From NCBI RefSeq assembly GCF_000737315.1, contig NZ_JMCB01000015.1, forward strand, positions 1 to 64,000: a DNA stretch of 64,000 bases. The letters are read 5' to 3'. Made by a program: the position numbers and the translations under genes. The notes below the pieces were generated by a model. The model was not told where the DNA came from and made no database searches. It saw only the letters and a list, made by a program, of their open reading frames with translations. The stretch comes from Hyalangium minutum (GTDB lineage Bacteria; Myxococcota; Myxococcia; Myxococcales; Myxococcaceae). This document shows, one piece after another, positions 1 to 14,628 of the stretch. The first letter of the stretch is position 1. Each line of letters begins with the position of its first letter.

Positions 1-47
1 GGGGCGGGGCAGGGCGGGCGGGCTCCGCGACGGGAGCCGCAGGGCGC

Positions 48-1262
48 TCAGACGCGAAAGTTGGCGGGACCGGAGCGACCTCCTGGCGCTCCGGACTGGG
101 ACTTCGCGGCACCCTCGCCGCCGTGGAGACCCTGGGCCAGCCGGTCCACCTTGGCCAGGAGGTCCGGGATGCTGCTGGCCGGCGACAGCTGGATGGCCTT
201 GAGCAGGGCCATCTCCAGCGCGAGCCGCGGCTGGGCGGCGCGAGACACGTCCCACACGCAGCCGTGGACGATGTCGAACAGGCGCGCCAGCTGGGCGGAG
301 TCCGCCTCCTGGGCCAGCTCCTTGAGGGCCTTCTGCTCGGACTCGGCGAGCTCGGACGGGGCCTCGCCCACGGCCTTGGTGACGAAGAGGTGGCGCAGCT
401 GCAGCGCCAGCTCCTCCGCGAGCCGCTTCAGGTCCAGGCCGCGGTTGAAGACCTCCTCCACGCGGGAGAGCACCTTCTTGGCGTCCTTGCGGACCAGGGC
501 CTCGGCGAACTCCTGCACCATGGTGCGATCGATGGCGCCCATGGCCTCGGCCACGGCCTCGTCCGTGGGGTTGGGGCCGCACGAGGCGAGGATCTGATCC
601 ATCAAGCTGAGCGCGTCGCGCATGCCGCCTTCGGACTGGCGCACCACGAGCGACAGCGAGCGGTCGGAGATGCCAGCGCCCTCGGCGTCGGAGATCTGCT
701 TGAGGCGCTGGAGCATGCGGGCCGCGGGGATGCGGCGGAAGTTGTGGCGCTGGCAGCGGCTGAGGATGGTGTCCGGGAGCTTGTGGGCCTCGGTGGTGGC
801 GAAGATGAACTTCACGTGCCCGGGCGGCTCCTCCAGCGTCTTCAGGAGCGCGTTGAACGCCGCCCCCGAGAGCATGTGCACCTCGTCGATGATGTAGATC
901 TTGTGCCGGTCTCTCTGCGGCAGGTACTTGGCGTTCTCGCGAATCTCGCGGACGTTCTCGACGCCGTTGTTCGAGGCACCGTCGATCTCGGCCACGTCCA
1001 CGGAGGTGCCAGAGGCGATCTCGGTGCAGGCCTGGCAGGTGCCGCAGGGGGCGGCCGTGGGGCCCTGCTCACAGTTGAGCGCCTTGGCCAGCAGGCGGGC
1101 CGCCGTCGTCTTGCCCACCCCGCGAGGTCCACAGAACAGGTAGGCGTGCGCCACCCGGTCCATCTTGATGGCGTTCGCGATGGTCCGGACGATGTGCTCC
1201 TGTCCGGTCATGTCGTCGAAGGTCTGGGGGCGCCATTTCCGGGCGAGGACGAGGTAGCTCAT
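48..1262 (-). CDS. dnaX: DNA polymerase III subunit gamma/tau (gamma-length ORF, 404 aa)
   Basis: Starts MSYLVLARKWRPQTF; Walker A GPRGVGKT, Zn-binding CEQG..C..C..C, IDGASNNG, IIDEVHML, LKTLEEPP and SRC motifs. Canonical ATG at 1262 (ORF track starts at 1274). Ends after the oligomerisation domain. Confidence 0.97.
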   Translation of the reverse strand: MSYLVLARKWRPQTFDDMTGQEHIVRTIANAIKMDRVAHAYLFCGPRGVGKTTAARLLAKALNCEQGPTAAPCGTCQACTEIASGTSVDVAEIDGASNNGVENVREIRENAKYLPQRDRHKIYIIDEVHMLSGAAFNALLKTLEEPPGHVKFIFATTEAHKLPDTILSRCQRHNFRRIPAARMLQRLKQISDAEGAGISDRSLSLVVRQSEGGMRDALSLMDQILASCGPNPTDEAVAEAMGAIDRTMVQEFAEALVRKDAKKVLSRVEEVFNRGLDLKRLAEELALQLRHLFVTKAVGEAPSELAESEQKALKELAQEADSAQLARLFDIVHGCVWDVSRAAQPRLALEMALLKAIQLSPASSIPDLLAKVDRLAQGLHGGEGAAKSQSGAPGGRSGPANFRV

Positions 1263-1372
1263 GGGGGGTGCCATCTAAACACGCTGGCCCCCAGGATCCA
1301 TGCGCAACTCCCTGAACTTCGATGGCCGTCCGACGGAAATCTTGAATTCCTCTATTACTGCAGGGGCCTGGT

Positions 1373-3832
1373 CTAGATCTTGATGCGCTTCATGTCGGGG
1401 TCGTACAGGGGACGCAGCGAGGCCGTGACCGGATAGCGCTTGCCCGCGATCTCCACGTCCCACTGCCCCGACTCAAGCCAGGCCGCGTCGATGGGCTCAT
1501 GGGACTCGGCCATCACCAGGCCCACCGCGCCGCCGAGCGTGTGTCCATAGGAGCCCGCGCGCACATACCCCACCGGCTTGCCGTTCCTGCGGACCACCTC
1601 GGCGTGGAACAGCATCGGCTCCGGATCCTGAACCAGCACCTGGATCATGCGCTTCTTGAGCGGCCCAGCGGCCTTCTTGGCCAGGACCGCCTCCTTGCCG
1701 ATGAAGCCGCCCGGCTTCTTGAGGTCGACCGCGAAGCCGAGCCCGGCCTCGAGCACCGAGTCGGTGTTATCGATGTCGTGGCCATAGTCGCGGTAGCCCT
1801 TTTCCATGCGCAAGGAGGCCAGCGCCTTCAGGCCCGCGTGCCGCAGGCCGAACTGCTTACCCGCCTCGACGACGCGCTCATAGGCATGCATCGCCTGCTC
1901 GGCCGGGATGTAGAGCTCGTAGCCAAGCTCGCCCAGGTAGGTGATGCGCACGCACAGCGCCCGGGCGAAGCCGATGTCGATCTCTCGCGCGCCGCGGAAT
2001 GGGAAGGCTTCGTTCGACAGGTCGGCGGTCGTCACGGACTGCAGCAGCTCGCGTGAGCGGGGCCCCTGCACGTTGATTTGCGCCCATGCGGACGTCACAT
2101 CGGTGACGAAGGCATGCGAGTCGTCCGGGAAGTGGCGCCGCATCCAGGTCTCGACGTGGCGATGGGCGGTGTCCGACGCCACGACCCAGTAACGCTCGTC
2201 ATCGAGCTTGGTGACCGTGAGGTCGGCCTCGAGCGTTCCGCGCTCGTTGAGCCACTGGGTATAGGTGATGACCCCGGAAGGCCCGTCCACGTTGTTGGCT
2301 GAGATGTGGTTGAGCAGGCGCCCCGCGTCGCGTCCCTGCACGAGGAACTTGGCCATGAAGGACATGTCCATGAGGATCACGCCCTCGCGCGTGGCCTTGT
2401 GCTCGGCGGCCCAGCTCGGGAACCACTGCTGCCGGCCAAAGGAGAGCGGCCCGGGATCCGGCGTGGTGCCGGGCTCGCCGTACCAGTCGGGGCTCTCCCA
2501 GCCGCTCACGTCCCGGAAGTAGGCGCCCTGGGCGGCGAGGCGATCATGCACCGGCGAGCGCTTGGCGCCGCGAGCGGTCATCATCGAGCGCGTGGGGTAG
2601 TGGCACTGGTAGACCATGCCGAGCGACTCGACGGTGCGCGTGCGGCGGTACTCCGGGTTGGACTGATAGGTGTGCAGGCGATCGATGTGAATGCCGGTGA
2701 CGTCAGCACCGGGATCGCCGGTCAGGATCCATTGAGCCAGTACCCGCCCGAGTCCGCCGCCGGTCAGGATGCCGATGGAGTTCAGCCCCGCAGCGACGAA
2801 GTAGTTCTTGAGCTCGGGGGCTTCGCCCACGATGGGCTTCAGGTCCGGGGTGAAGCTCTCCGGGCCGCAGAAGAACTTCTTCACGCCCGTGTTCAGGGAG
2901 ACGGGCACGCGGGACATGGCCTTCTCCAGGTACGGGCCCATGCGATCCCAGTCGGGAGGAATCTCTCCGAACGAGAAGTCCTCGGGGATGCCGCCGATCT
3001 TCCAAGGGGCACAGACGGGCTCGAAGAGGCCGATCATCAGGCCGCCTACCTCTTCCCGGTAGTAGCCGTAGCAGCCCGGGTCCTCGATGACTGGCCAGTC
3101 CTTCGAGAGGCCGGGGATCGTCTCGGTGATGAGGTAATAGTGCTCGGCGGCCTGGAGCGGGATGTTCACGCCGGACTTCTCGCCGAGCTGCCGGGCCCAG
3201 GCGCCGGCGCAGTTGACGACGTACTCGGCCTGGATGTTGCCGTAGGCGGTCGTGACGCCGGTGACGACGCCGCGCTTCTTGAGCACGCCCGTGACGGGAA
3301 CGCCCTCGATGATCTTGGCGCCCTGCATGCGCGCGCCCTTGGCCAGGGCCATCGTCGCGCCCACGGGGTCGGCGCGGCCGTCCTCCTTGACGTAGAACCC
3401 GGCGAGGATGTCGTCGGTGCGCGCGAGCGGGAACAGCTCCTTCACCACGCTGGGGCCGATCTCGTGGACGTCTATCCCGCAGTAGCGGTTGAAGGCCGAG
3501 ACCCGGCGGTATTCCTCCAGGCGATCGGCGTCGGAGGCGAGTTCGATGAAGCCAATCGGCTTGAAGCCGGTGGAGAGGCCCGTCTCGGCCTCCAGGCGGC
3601 TGTAGAGATCGCGCGTGTACTTGCGCATCTCCGTCGAGGTCTCCGACGTGGAGCCGAAGGTGACCATGAGCCCTGCGGCGTGCCAGGTGGTCCCCGAGGT
3701 GAGGCGATCCCTCTCGAGGAGCACGACGTCCTTACAGCCCATGTGGGCCAGGTGGTAGGCGACGGAACAGCCGATGATCCCGCCGCCAATGATGACGACG
3801 CGGGCGCGTTCGGGCAGGGTGATGTCAGACAT
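1373..3832 (-). CDS. GcvT-family FAD-dependent oxidoreductase (dimethylglycine/sarcosine dehydrogenase-like)
   Basis: GGGIIG Rossmann motif, GTTWHAAG flavinylation-type motif, GPESFTPD, folate-binding T-domain (YTQWLNERGTLEADLTV, ITYLGELGYELY), C-terminal PLYDP. Confidence 0.92.
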   Translation of the reverse strand: MSDITLPERARVVIIGGGIIGCSVAYHLAHMGCKDVVLLERDRLTSGTTWHAAGLMVTFGSTSETSTEMRKYTRDLYSRLEAETGLSTGFKPIGFIELASDADRLEEYRRVSAFNRYCGIDVHEIGPSVVKELFPLARTDDILAGFYVKEDGRADPVGATMALAKGARMQGAKIIEGVPVTGVLKKRGVVTGVTTAYGNIQAEYVVNCAGAWARQLGEKSGVNIPLQAAEHYYLITETIPGLSKDWPVIEDPGCYGYYREEVGGLMIGLFEPVCAPWKIGGIPEDFSFGEIPPDWDRMGPYLEKAMSRVPVSLNTGVKKFFCGPESFTPDLKPIVGEAPELKNYFVAAGLNSIGILTGGGLGRVLAQWILTGDPGADVTGIHIDRLHTYQSNPEYRRTRTVESLGMVYQCHYPTRSMMTARGAKRSPVHDRLAAQGAYFRDVSGWESPDWYGEPGTTPDPGPLSFGRQQWFPSWAAEHKATREGVILMDMSFMAKFLVQGRDAGRLLNHISANNVDGPSGVITYTQWLNERGTLEADLTVTKLDDERYWVVASDTAHRHVETWMRRHFPDDSHAFVTDVTSAWAQINVQGPRSRELLQSVTTADLSNEAFPFRGAREIDIGFARALCVRITYLGELGYELYIPAEQAMHAYERVVEAGKQFGLRHAGLKALASLRMEKGYRDYGHDIDNTDSVLEAGLGFAVDLKKPGGFIGKEAVLAKKAAGPLKKRMIQVLVQDPEPMLFHAEVVRRNGKPVGYVRAGSYGHTLGGAVGLVMAESHEPIDAAWLESGQWDVEIAGKRYPVTASLRPLYDPDMKRIKI

Positions 3833-3948
3833 AGCGGAGGAGCATACCGCCGAACCGTCCGCGCGGTCGTGTTCAGGAAGGCCAGCAGGCGGACAAGCAC
3901 CCCGTGACTTGCGCGGGGGCTTCGGGGCGGGGAGAGTCGCTCCGTCCG

Positions 3949-5412
3949 ATGTCCGTTCCCGCTCCGCAGCCTCTCTCCACCCCGTCCCCTCCGCCGCCTG
4001 CCTTGCAGGCCATCGAAGAGGCTGCGCCCTCGGGCCAGCCGCTGTCTCGAGCAGCTTGGGTGCTGATGGCAGTCGTAGCGCTGGTTCCTGCGGTGACTGC
4101 CGTGGCGCAGCTGGGCCGCATCCACCCGGACGAGGTGTACCAGGTGCTCGAGCCCGCCTGGCACCGAGTCCATGGCTACGGCGTGCTCGCCTGGGAGTGG
4201 CGTGACGGGCTGCGCAATTGGGCGGTGCCGCTCGTCGTCTCGTGGTTGTTGCGGCTCGCGAACCTGCTGGGCCTCAGCCATCCCCAGGCATACCGGGCCC
4301 TCATCGCGCTACCGCAGGCGGCGCTGCACGGCTGGATGTTGCTCGCCACCTACCGCTTCGCAGCGCGTCGGGCCGGTGTAGCGGGAGGCTTGCTGGCCGC
4401 GCTCCTGGTGGGCCTGTACGGGCCGGTGCTCGTGTTCGCGGGCCGGACGATGAGCGAGTCCTTCTCTGCGGCGTTCCTCGTGGTGGGGCTGGAGGCGCTC
4501 GACCGGCAAGAGCGCCTGGAGCGCTCCGGGCTGCTCGGAGGGTTGGCGCTAGGGCTGTCGGTGGTGGCACGCTACGGCTCGGCGGTGTTCGTCGCTGCGG
4601 CGCTCGTGTGGCTGGTCCTCGCGAGGCGGTGGCGGATGCTGGCCTTCACCTGCTTGGGAGGCTTGGCGGTGGTGCTGGGCCTGGGCGCGCTCGACTGGGC
4701 CACCTGGGGCTCTCCCTTCCACTCCTTCTTCGCCTACCTGCGCTTCAACGTCCTCACGGATGGCGTGGTGCAGCAATTCGGCGCGAGCCCTGCTGGCTTC
4801 TACGTGCCGGTGCTCTTCTCCGCGCTGCCCGTGTGGTTCTGGCTGACGGTTCCGTCCGGCCTGGCCGAGGGGCTCCGCCGCCGAGCTGTGTCCCTGCCGC
4901 TGTTCTGCGCTGGGGTCTACCTGGCGGCGGTGAGCGCCACGCCGCACAAGGAGGAGCGCTTCCTCTACCCAGCGCTGGTTCTGCTGCTGCTCGGGGCGGC
5001 TCCGGCCGTGGGCGGCTGGCTCATGCACGCCTCCCGGGCCGTGAGGATCCGCTGGGGTGGGGTGACCCTGGCGCTGGCCTCCACCGTGGCCTCTGCGGCC
5101 CACTACCCGCCGGGAGATCTCCGGGCGGACCAGTTCCGCGCCATCGTCGCCTCCACGAGGGACGAGCGCGCCTCAGGCCTGCTCATCGTCAATGAGGGCC
5201 TGTGGGGCGCGGGGGGCTTCTTCTTCATTGGCAAGAACATCCCCTGGCTCACCTGCGACTGGCCTCAGGACTGGGCCTTCCAGCGGGCCATCCACGACCC
5301 GGCCTTCAACCGGGCCGTCTCCTTCGAGGGCCGGGCCCTCCCGGAGCTCCAGGCCGCCGGCTTCCGGGTGGTGGGACAGGTGGGACGAGAGACGATGCTC
5401 GCCCGCGACTGA
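3949..5412 (+). CDS. GT-C membrane glycosyltransferase, PIG-B/Alg9-like mannosyltransferase family
   Basis: Multiple TM helices; HPDEVYQVLEPA loop and PHKEERFLYP motif typical of the Alg9/PIG-B family; ATG at 3949 (ORF track 3904). Confidence 0.8.
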   Translation: MSVPAPQPLSTPSPPPPALQAIEEAAPSGQPLSRAAWVLMAVVALVPAVTAVAQLGRIHPDEVYQVLEPAWHRVHGYGVLAWEWRDGLRNWAVPLVVSWLLRLANLLGLSHPQAYRALIALPQAALHGWMLLATYRFAARRAGVAGGLLAALLVGLYGPVLVFAGRTMSESFSAAFLVVGLEALDRQERLERSGLLGGLALGLSVVARYGSAVFVAAALVWLVLARRWRMLAFTCLGGLAVVLGLGALDWATWGSPFHSFFAYLRFNVLTDGVVQQFGASPAGFYVPVLFSALPVWFWLTVPSGLAEGLRRRAVSLPLFCAGVYLAAVSATPHKEERFLYPALVLLLLGAAPAVGGWLMHASRAVRIRWGGVTLALASTVASAAHYPPGDLRADQFRAIVASTRDERASGLLIVNEGLWGAGGFFFIGKNIPWLTCDWPQDWAFQRAIHDPAFNRAVSFEGRALPELQAAGFRVVGQVGRETMLARD

Positions 5413-5462
5413 GGCGGCAGGCAGGGGAGGGGGCTTCCGCCCGCTCGCAGCCCGCAAAAGCA

Positions 5463-5495
5463 AAGAGCCGACGCCCCTGAGGGACATCGGCTCTT
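5463..5495 (-). terminator. Intrinsic terminator of the tRNA/tadA/ffs transcript
   Basis: Minus strand AAGAGCCGATGTCCC-TCA-GGGGCGTCGGCTCTT followed by TGCTTTT, just downstream of ffs. Confidence 0.7.
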
Positions 5496-5505
5496 CACCA
5501 AGAGA

Positions 5506-5590
5506 AACGGCCGGGACACACGCGAAGGTTCGCTACCGTTGCTTCCTTCCGGACCTGGCGGAGTTCACGGCCCCACGTTGTCCCGACCAC
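5506..5590 (-). ncRNA. ffs: Small bacterial SRP RNA (4.5S)
   Basis: Minus strand GTGAACTCCGCCAGGTCCGGAAGGAAGCAACGG is the helix-8 core with GGAA tetraloop; closing stem GGTCGGGACA / TGTCCCGGCC; next to dnaX as usual. Ends approximate. Confidence 0.93.
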
Positions 5591-5604
5591 AAATGTAACA
5601 CCTA

Positions 5605-5691
5605 CGGAGAGGGTGGGATTCGAACCCACGATACCCTTTCAGGTATGCACGCGTTCCAGGCGTGTGCCTTCAACCGCTCGGCCACCTCTCC
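5605..5691 (-). tRNA. tRNA-Ser(GGA)
   Basis: GGAGAGG acceptor stem, anticodon arm CACGC-CT-GGA-AC-GCGTG, long variable arm, GGTTCGAATCC T-arm; no encoded CCA. Confidence 0.97.
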
Positions 5692-5708
5692 AAGGACCTG
5701 CCAACAAG

Positions 5709-5795
5709 CGGAGAGCGTAGGATTCGAACCTACGGTACCGTTCCCGGTACGCCTGATTTCGAGTCAGGTGCCTTCGACCACTCGGCCAGCTCTCC
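5709..5795 (-). tRNA. tRNA-Ser(CGA)
   Basis: Anticodon arm CCTGA-CT-CGA-AA-TCAGG, long variable arm, GGTTCGAATCC; no encoded CCA. Confidence 0.97.
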
Positions 5796-5800
5796 AGTAT

Positions 5801-6268
5801 TCACTTTTCACGCTTCTTGTCGCGCAACCGCTCGAAGAAGCCTTTGAGAAGCAGGCGGCTCTCGTCCGCCAGAATGCCACTTGTCACCTGGAGCCGATGG
5901 TTGTGCCGGGGCTCTTCGGCGAGGTTGTAGAGCGAACCGACCGCTCCTGCCTTCGGGTCCATCGTCCCGAACACCAGCCGGGTGACCCGCCCCTGCACCA
6001 ACGCACCCGCGCACATGGCGCACGGCTCCAGCGTGACGTACAGGGTGACCCCGGTGAGCCGCCACGCCCCGAGCGCCTTGGCCGCCGCATCCAGCGCGAG
6101 CAGCTCGGCATGAGCCAGGGGGTTGCGATCCACCTCGCGGCGATTGAAGCCGGTGCCAATGACGTTGCCGCCATGCACCGCCACCGCTCCGACGGGGACC
6201 TCTCCGAGTGCCGCCGCTTCCCGCGCCAGCGCAAGCGCCTGCTGCATGAAAGCTTCGTCGTCACTCAT
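5801..6268 (-). CDS. tadA: tRNA adenosine(34) deaminase
   Basis: GEVPVGAV, AHAE and TLYVTLEPCAMCAGA motifs. Confidence 0.95.
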   Translation of the reverse strand: MSDDEAFMQQALALAREAAALGEVPVGAVAVHGGNVIGTGFNRREVDRNPLAHAELLALDAAAKALGAWRLTGVTLYVTLEPCAMCAGALVQGRVTRLVFGTMDPKAGAVGSLYNLAEEPRHNHRLQVTSGILADESRLLLKGFFERLRDKKREK

Positions 6269-6292
6269 GGAGAGAAGCTGCGTGGAGGGGTG

Positions 6293-6366
6293 CGCTCCCT
6301 GGAGGATTCGAACCTCCGGCCTTCGGATTCGTAGTCCGACGCTCTATCCAGCTGAGCTAAGGGAGC
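6293..6366 (-). tRNA. tRNA-Arg(ACG)
   Basis: GCTCCCT/AGGGAGC acceptor stem, anticodon arm TCGGA-CT-ACG-AA-TCCGA, GGTTCGAATCC. Confidence 0.97.
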
Positions 6367-6395
6367 ATTCCGTCCAACGCGGCTACAACGATAAG

Positions 6396-6485
6396 TGGCG
6401 GAGAGAGAGGGATTCGAACCCTCGATACCGTTTCCAGTATGCAGGTTTAGCAAACCTGTGCCTTCAGCCTCTCGGCCATCTCTCC
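6396..6485 (-). tRNA. tRNA-Ser(GCT)
   Basis: Anticodon arm CAGGT-TT-GCT-AA-ACCTG, long variable arm, encoded 3' CCA. Confidence 0.97.
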
Positions 6486-6529
6486 AACGTTTCTCTGTCA
6501 AAGAACTGCGTAAGACAAGAACAAAGTTT

Positions 6530-6616
6530 CGGAGGAAGTAGGATTCGAACCTACGGAGAGCTTTCACCCTCTGCGGTTTTCAAGACCGCTGCCTTCAGCC
6601 GCTCGGCCATTCCTCC
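6530..6616 (-). tRNA. tRNA-Ser(TGA)
   Basis: Anticodon arm GCGGT-CT-TGA-AA-ACCGC, long variable arm, GGTTCGAATCC. Confidence 0.97.
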
Positions 6617-6656
6617 ACAGCTTGCCGCGCGGCCCGCCACGCTGCGCGGGGCCGCC

Positions 6657-6684
6657 CTTCTACCTCATCCGCGTTTCATTGCAA
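6657..6684 (-). promoter_or_regulatory. Putative sigma70-type promoter for the tRNA cluster
   Basis: Minus strand TTGCAA-N16-TAGAAG about 40 nt upstream of tRNA-Ser(TGA). Confidence 0.45.
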
Positions 6685-6697
6685 TGGGGATGTGGCC

Positions 6698-12273
<5,576 letters not shown>

Positions 12274-12501
12274 GGTGTTCCTTCAGAGACCTGCTGGCGC
12301 AACCGCCCGCGGACGGGCTGGATCCTCTCGCCGCGAGCGCGCACGCTATCAGAGGCGTTTCCGGAGCGGAAAGAACGCGAACAGGCGGGCTCTCGCCACC
12401 CCTGGAGCCCAGGCAAGGGGGCAGGGGGCTGTCCGGCCGTGGCACTCCGAGTCCACGAGAGCCCCCCACCCCCATACCGGAGGTGGTAGACCCTGGTGAG
12501 C

Positions 12502-13818
12502 ATGGAGCCCACCATCATCCTGGGAGCGGGGCTGGCGGGCCTGTCCGCCGCCCACTTTCTGCAGCGCCCCTGGCATCTGATCGAGAAGACGGACCGGGCC
12601 GGAGGCCTGATCAAGACCGAGGTCATCGACGGGTGCTACTTCGACCCGACCGGGCACTGGCTGCACCTCCGGGATCCCGAAATCCGGGAACGGGTGAATA
12701 CCCTGTGGCTGCCTGGCCAGCTGGTGAGCATCCAGCGCAAGGCGGGCATCTTCTCGCGGGGCGTCTTCACCCGCTTCCCGTACCAGGTGAACACCCACGG
12801 GCTGCCGCCGGAGGTGGTGGCCGAGAACCTGATGGGCTTCGTGGAGGCTCTCTATGGAGAGAAGGGCCGCGAGCTGCGCGAGCGCGATCCCCGCAACTTC
12901 GAGGAGTTCATCCTCCGCTACATGGGCGAGGGCTTCGCGAAGAACTTCATGGTGCCCTACAACCAGAAGCTCTGGACGGTGCACCCCCGGGAGCTGTCGG
13001 CGGCGTGGGTGGGGCGCTTCGTGCCTCGGCCCACGCTCAAGGAAGTGGTGGATGGGGCGCTCGGCGTGGGCAGTGATGCGCTCGGCTACAACGCCTCGTT
13101 CCTCTACCCGCGCGAGGGCGGCATCGAGAGCCTGGCCCGCGCCATGCTCCGCCACCTCAAGGGCGGCGAGGTGAGCGTCCGCACCGAGCCCACCGCCATC
13201 GACTGGAAGGCTCGGAAGGTGGTGCTCTCGGATGGGCGGACGCTCGGCTATTCGGAGCTGCTCTCGACCGTGTCCCTGCCGCACCTGGTGGGGCTGCTGG
13301 CCCGAGGCGCCTCCGGGGTTCCGGACGAGGTCCGTGCCGCCGCGGGCCGCCTGCGCGCCACCACCGTTACTTATGTCTGCGTGGCGGCCCGAGGGAAGAA
13401 CCGCCAGCCCTGGCACTGGATCTATCTGCCGGAGTTGGAGTTCAAGACGTACCGCATTGGCTCGCCGTCCGCCGTGTATGCGCCGCTGGCGCCTCCGGAC
13501 ACCTCCACCTTCTATGTGGAGTACAGCCACCACGGCGAGCTGTCCCCCGCCCAGTGCGAGCAGCACGCGGTGGCGGATCTGGTTCGCTCGCAGATGATCC
13601 ACTCGGCGGACGAGGTGCTCTTCGCCCGGGCCCGGGAGATTCCCCACGCGTACGTCCTCTATGACGAGGCGTATGGCCCGGCGAAGGCGGAGATCCTCCG
13701 CTTCCTGGAGCACGCCCGCATCCTGACGGCGGGTCGCTACGGGCAGTGGGAGTACTCCTCCATGGAGGACGCCATCCTGGGCGGCCGGGCCAGTGCTCGC
13801 GTGCTCAACGCACGCTGA
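12502..13818 (+). CDS. FAD-dependent oxidoreductase, UDP-galactopyranose mutase / protoporphyrinogen oxidase-like
   Basis: GAGLAGL, GGLIKT..GCYFDPTGHWLH, PYNQKLW, FLYPREGG and AGRYGQWEYSSME motifs. Confidence 0.75.
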   Translation: MEPTIILGAGLAGLSAAHFLQRPWHLIEKTDRAGGLIKTEVIDGCYFDPTGHWLHLRDPEIRERVNTLWLPGQLVSIQRKAGIFSRGVFTRFPYQVNTHGLPPEVVAENLMGFVEALYGEKGRELRERDPRNFEEFILRYMGEGFAKNFMVPYNQKLWTVHPRELSAAWVGRFVPRPTLKEVVDGALGVGSDALGYNASFLYPREGGIESLARAMLRHLKGGEVSVRTEPTAIDWKARKVVLSDGRTLGYSELLSTVSLPHLVGLLARGASGVPDEVRAAAGRLRATTVTYVCVAARGKNRQPWHWIYLPELEFKTYRIGSPSAVYAPLAPPDTSTFYVEYSHHGELSPAQCEQHAVADLVRSQMIHSADEVLFARAREIPHAYVLYDEAYGPAKAEILRFLEHARILTAGRYGQWEYSSMEDAILGGRASARVLNAR

Positions 13819-13904
13819 GTCCCGGGCGATGACTGTTGTCGACGGTCACCGGCGGGCGTGGTACGCCGTGGGCTCCTACCGTCGACGCGCGTCCGCTCTC
13901 GAAT

Positions 13905-14618
13905 ATGGCCGCCCCGTACCTCTCCATCGTCATCCCCGTCTACAACGAGGAGTCCATCATCGCCGAGGCTGCGGCCGAGTTGTGCCAGGGCTTGGACGCG
14001 CACGGGTGGGACTACGAGGTCATCTTCGCGGAGAACGGCTCGCGCGACGCCACGCCTCAGCTCCTCGAGCGGATGTGCGCCGAGAACCCGCGTCTGCACT
14101 GGTTCCACTCGGAGCGGCCCAACTACGGCGCGGCGCTCAAGGCCGGCATCCTCAAGGCCCGGGGCACCTATGTGGTGTGCGATGAGATCGACCTGTGCGA
14201 TTTGACCTTCTACTCCGCCGCACTGCCCCGGCTGGAGCGGGGCGAGGCGGACATGGTCGTCGGCTCCAAGGCCGCCAAGGGCGCCAGTGACCAGCGGCCC
14301 ATCATCCGGCGCGTGGCCACCCGGGTGCACAACAAGCTGCTGAAGGTGACGCTGGGCTTCCGGGGCACCGACACGCACGGCCTCAAGGCGTTCCGGCGCA
14401 AGGCGCTCATGCCCGTCATTGCCAAGTGCGTGGTGGACATGGATGTGTTCGCCAGCGAGTTCGTCATCCGCGCCTGGCGCGAGGGCCTGAAGGTGATGGA
14501 GATCCCCATCCAGCTCCACGAGAAGCGCCAGCCCTCGGTTCACCTCTTCAAGCGCGTCCCCAACGTGCTGAAGAACGTGGGCAAGCTCGTCTACGTCATC
14601 CGCATCCGAGGCACCTGA
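13905..14618 (+). CDS. GT2 glycosyltransferase (polyprenol/dolichyl-phosphate hexose synthase-like)
   Basis: SIVIPVYNEE, ENGSRDAT, NYGAALKAG, DTHGLKAFR; DxD position reads DEID. Confidence 0.85.
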   Translation: MAAPYLSIVIPVYNEESIIAEAAAELCQGLDAHGWDYEVIFAENGSRDATPQLLERMCAENPRLHWFHSERPNYGAALKAGILKARGTYVVCDEIDLCDLTFYSAALPRLERGEADMVVGSKAAKGASDQRPIIRRVATRVHNKLLKVTLGFRGTDTHGLKAFRRKALMPVIAKCVVDMDVFASEFVIRAWREGLKVMEIPIQLHEKRQPSVHLFKRVPNVLKNVGKLVYVIRIRGT

Positions 14619-14628
14619 GAGGCGCGCC

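Noticed and set aside
48-80. E. coli-type -1 frameshift in dnaX
   Set aside because: No X-XXY-YYZ heptamer or homopolymer run near the stop; only the +1 UUU-C site is plausible.
5605-6616. tRNA cluster as an integration site for a mobile element
   Set aside because: No integrase and no duplicated tRNA 3' end found in the window; flanks are core genes.
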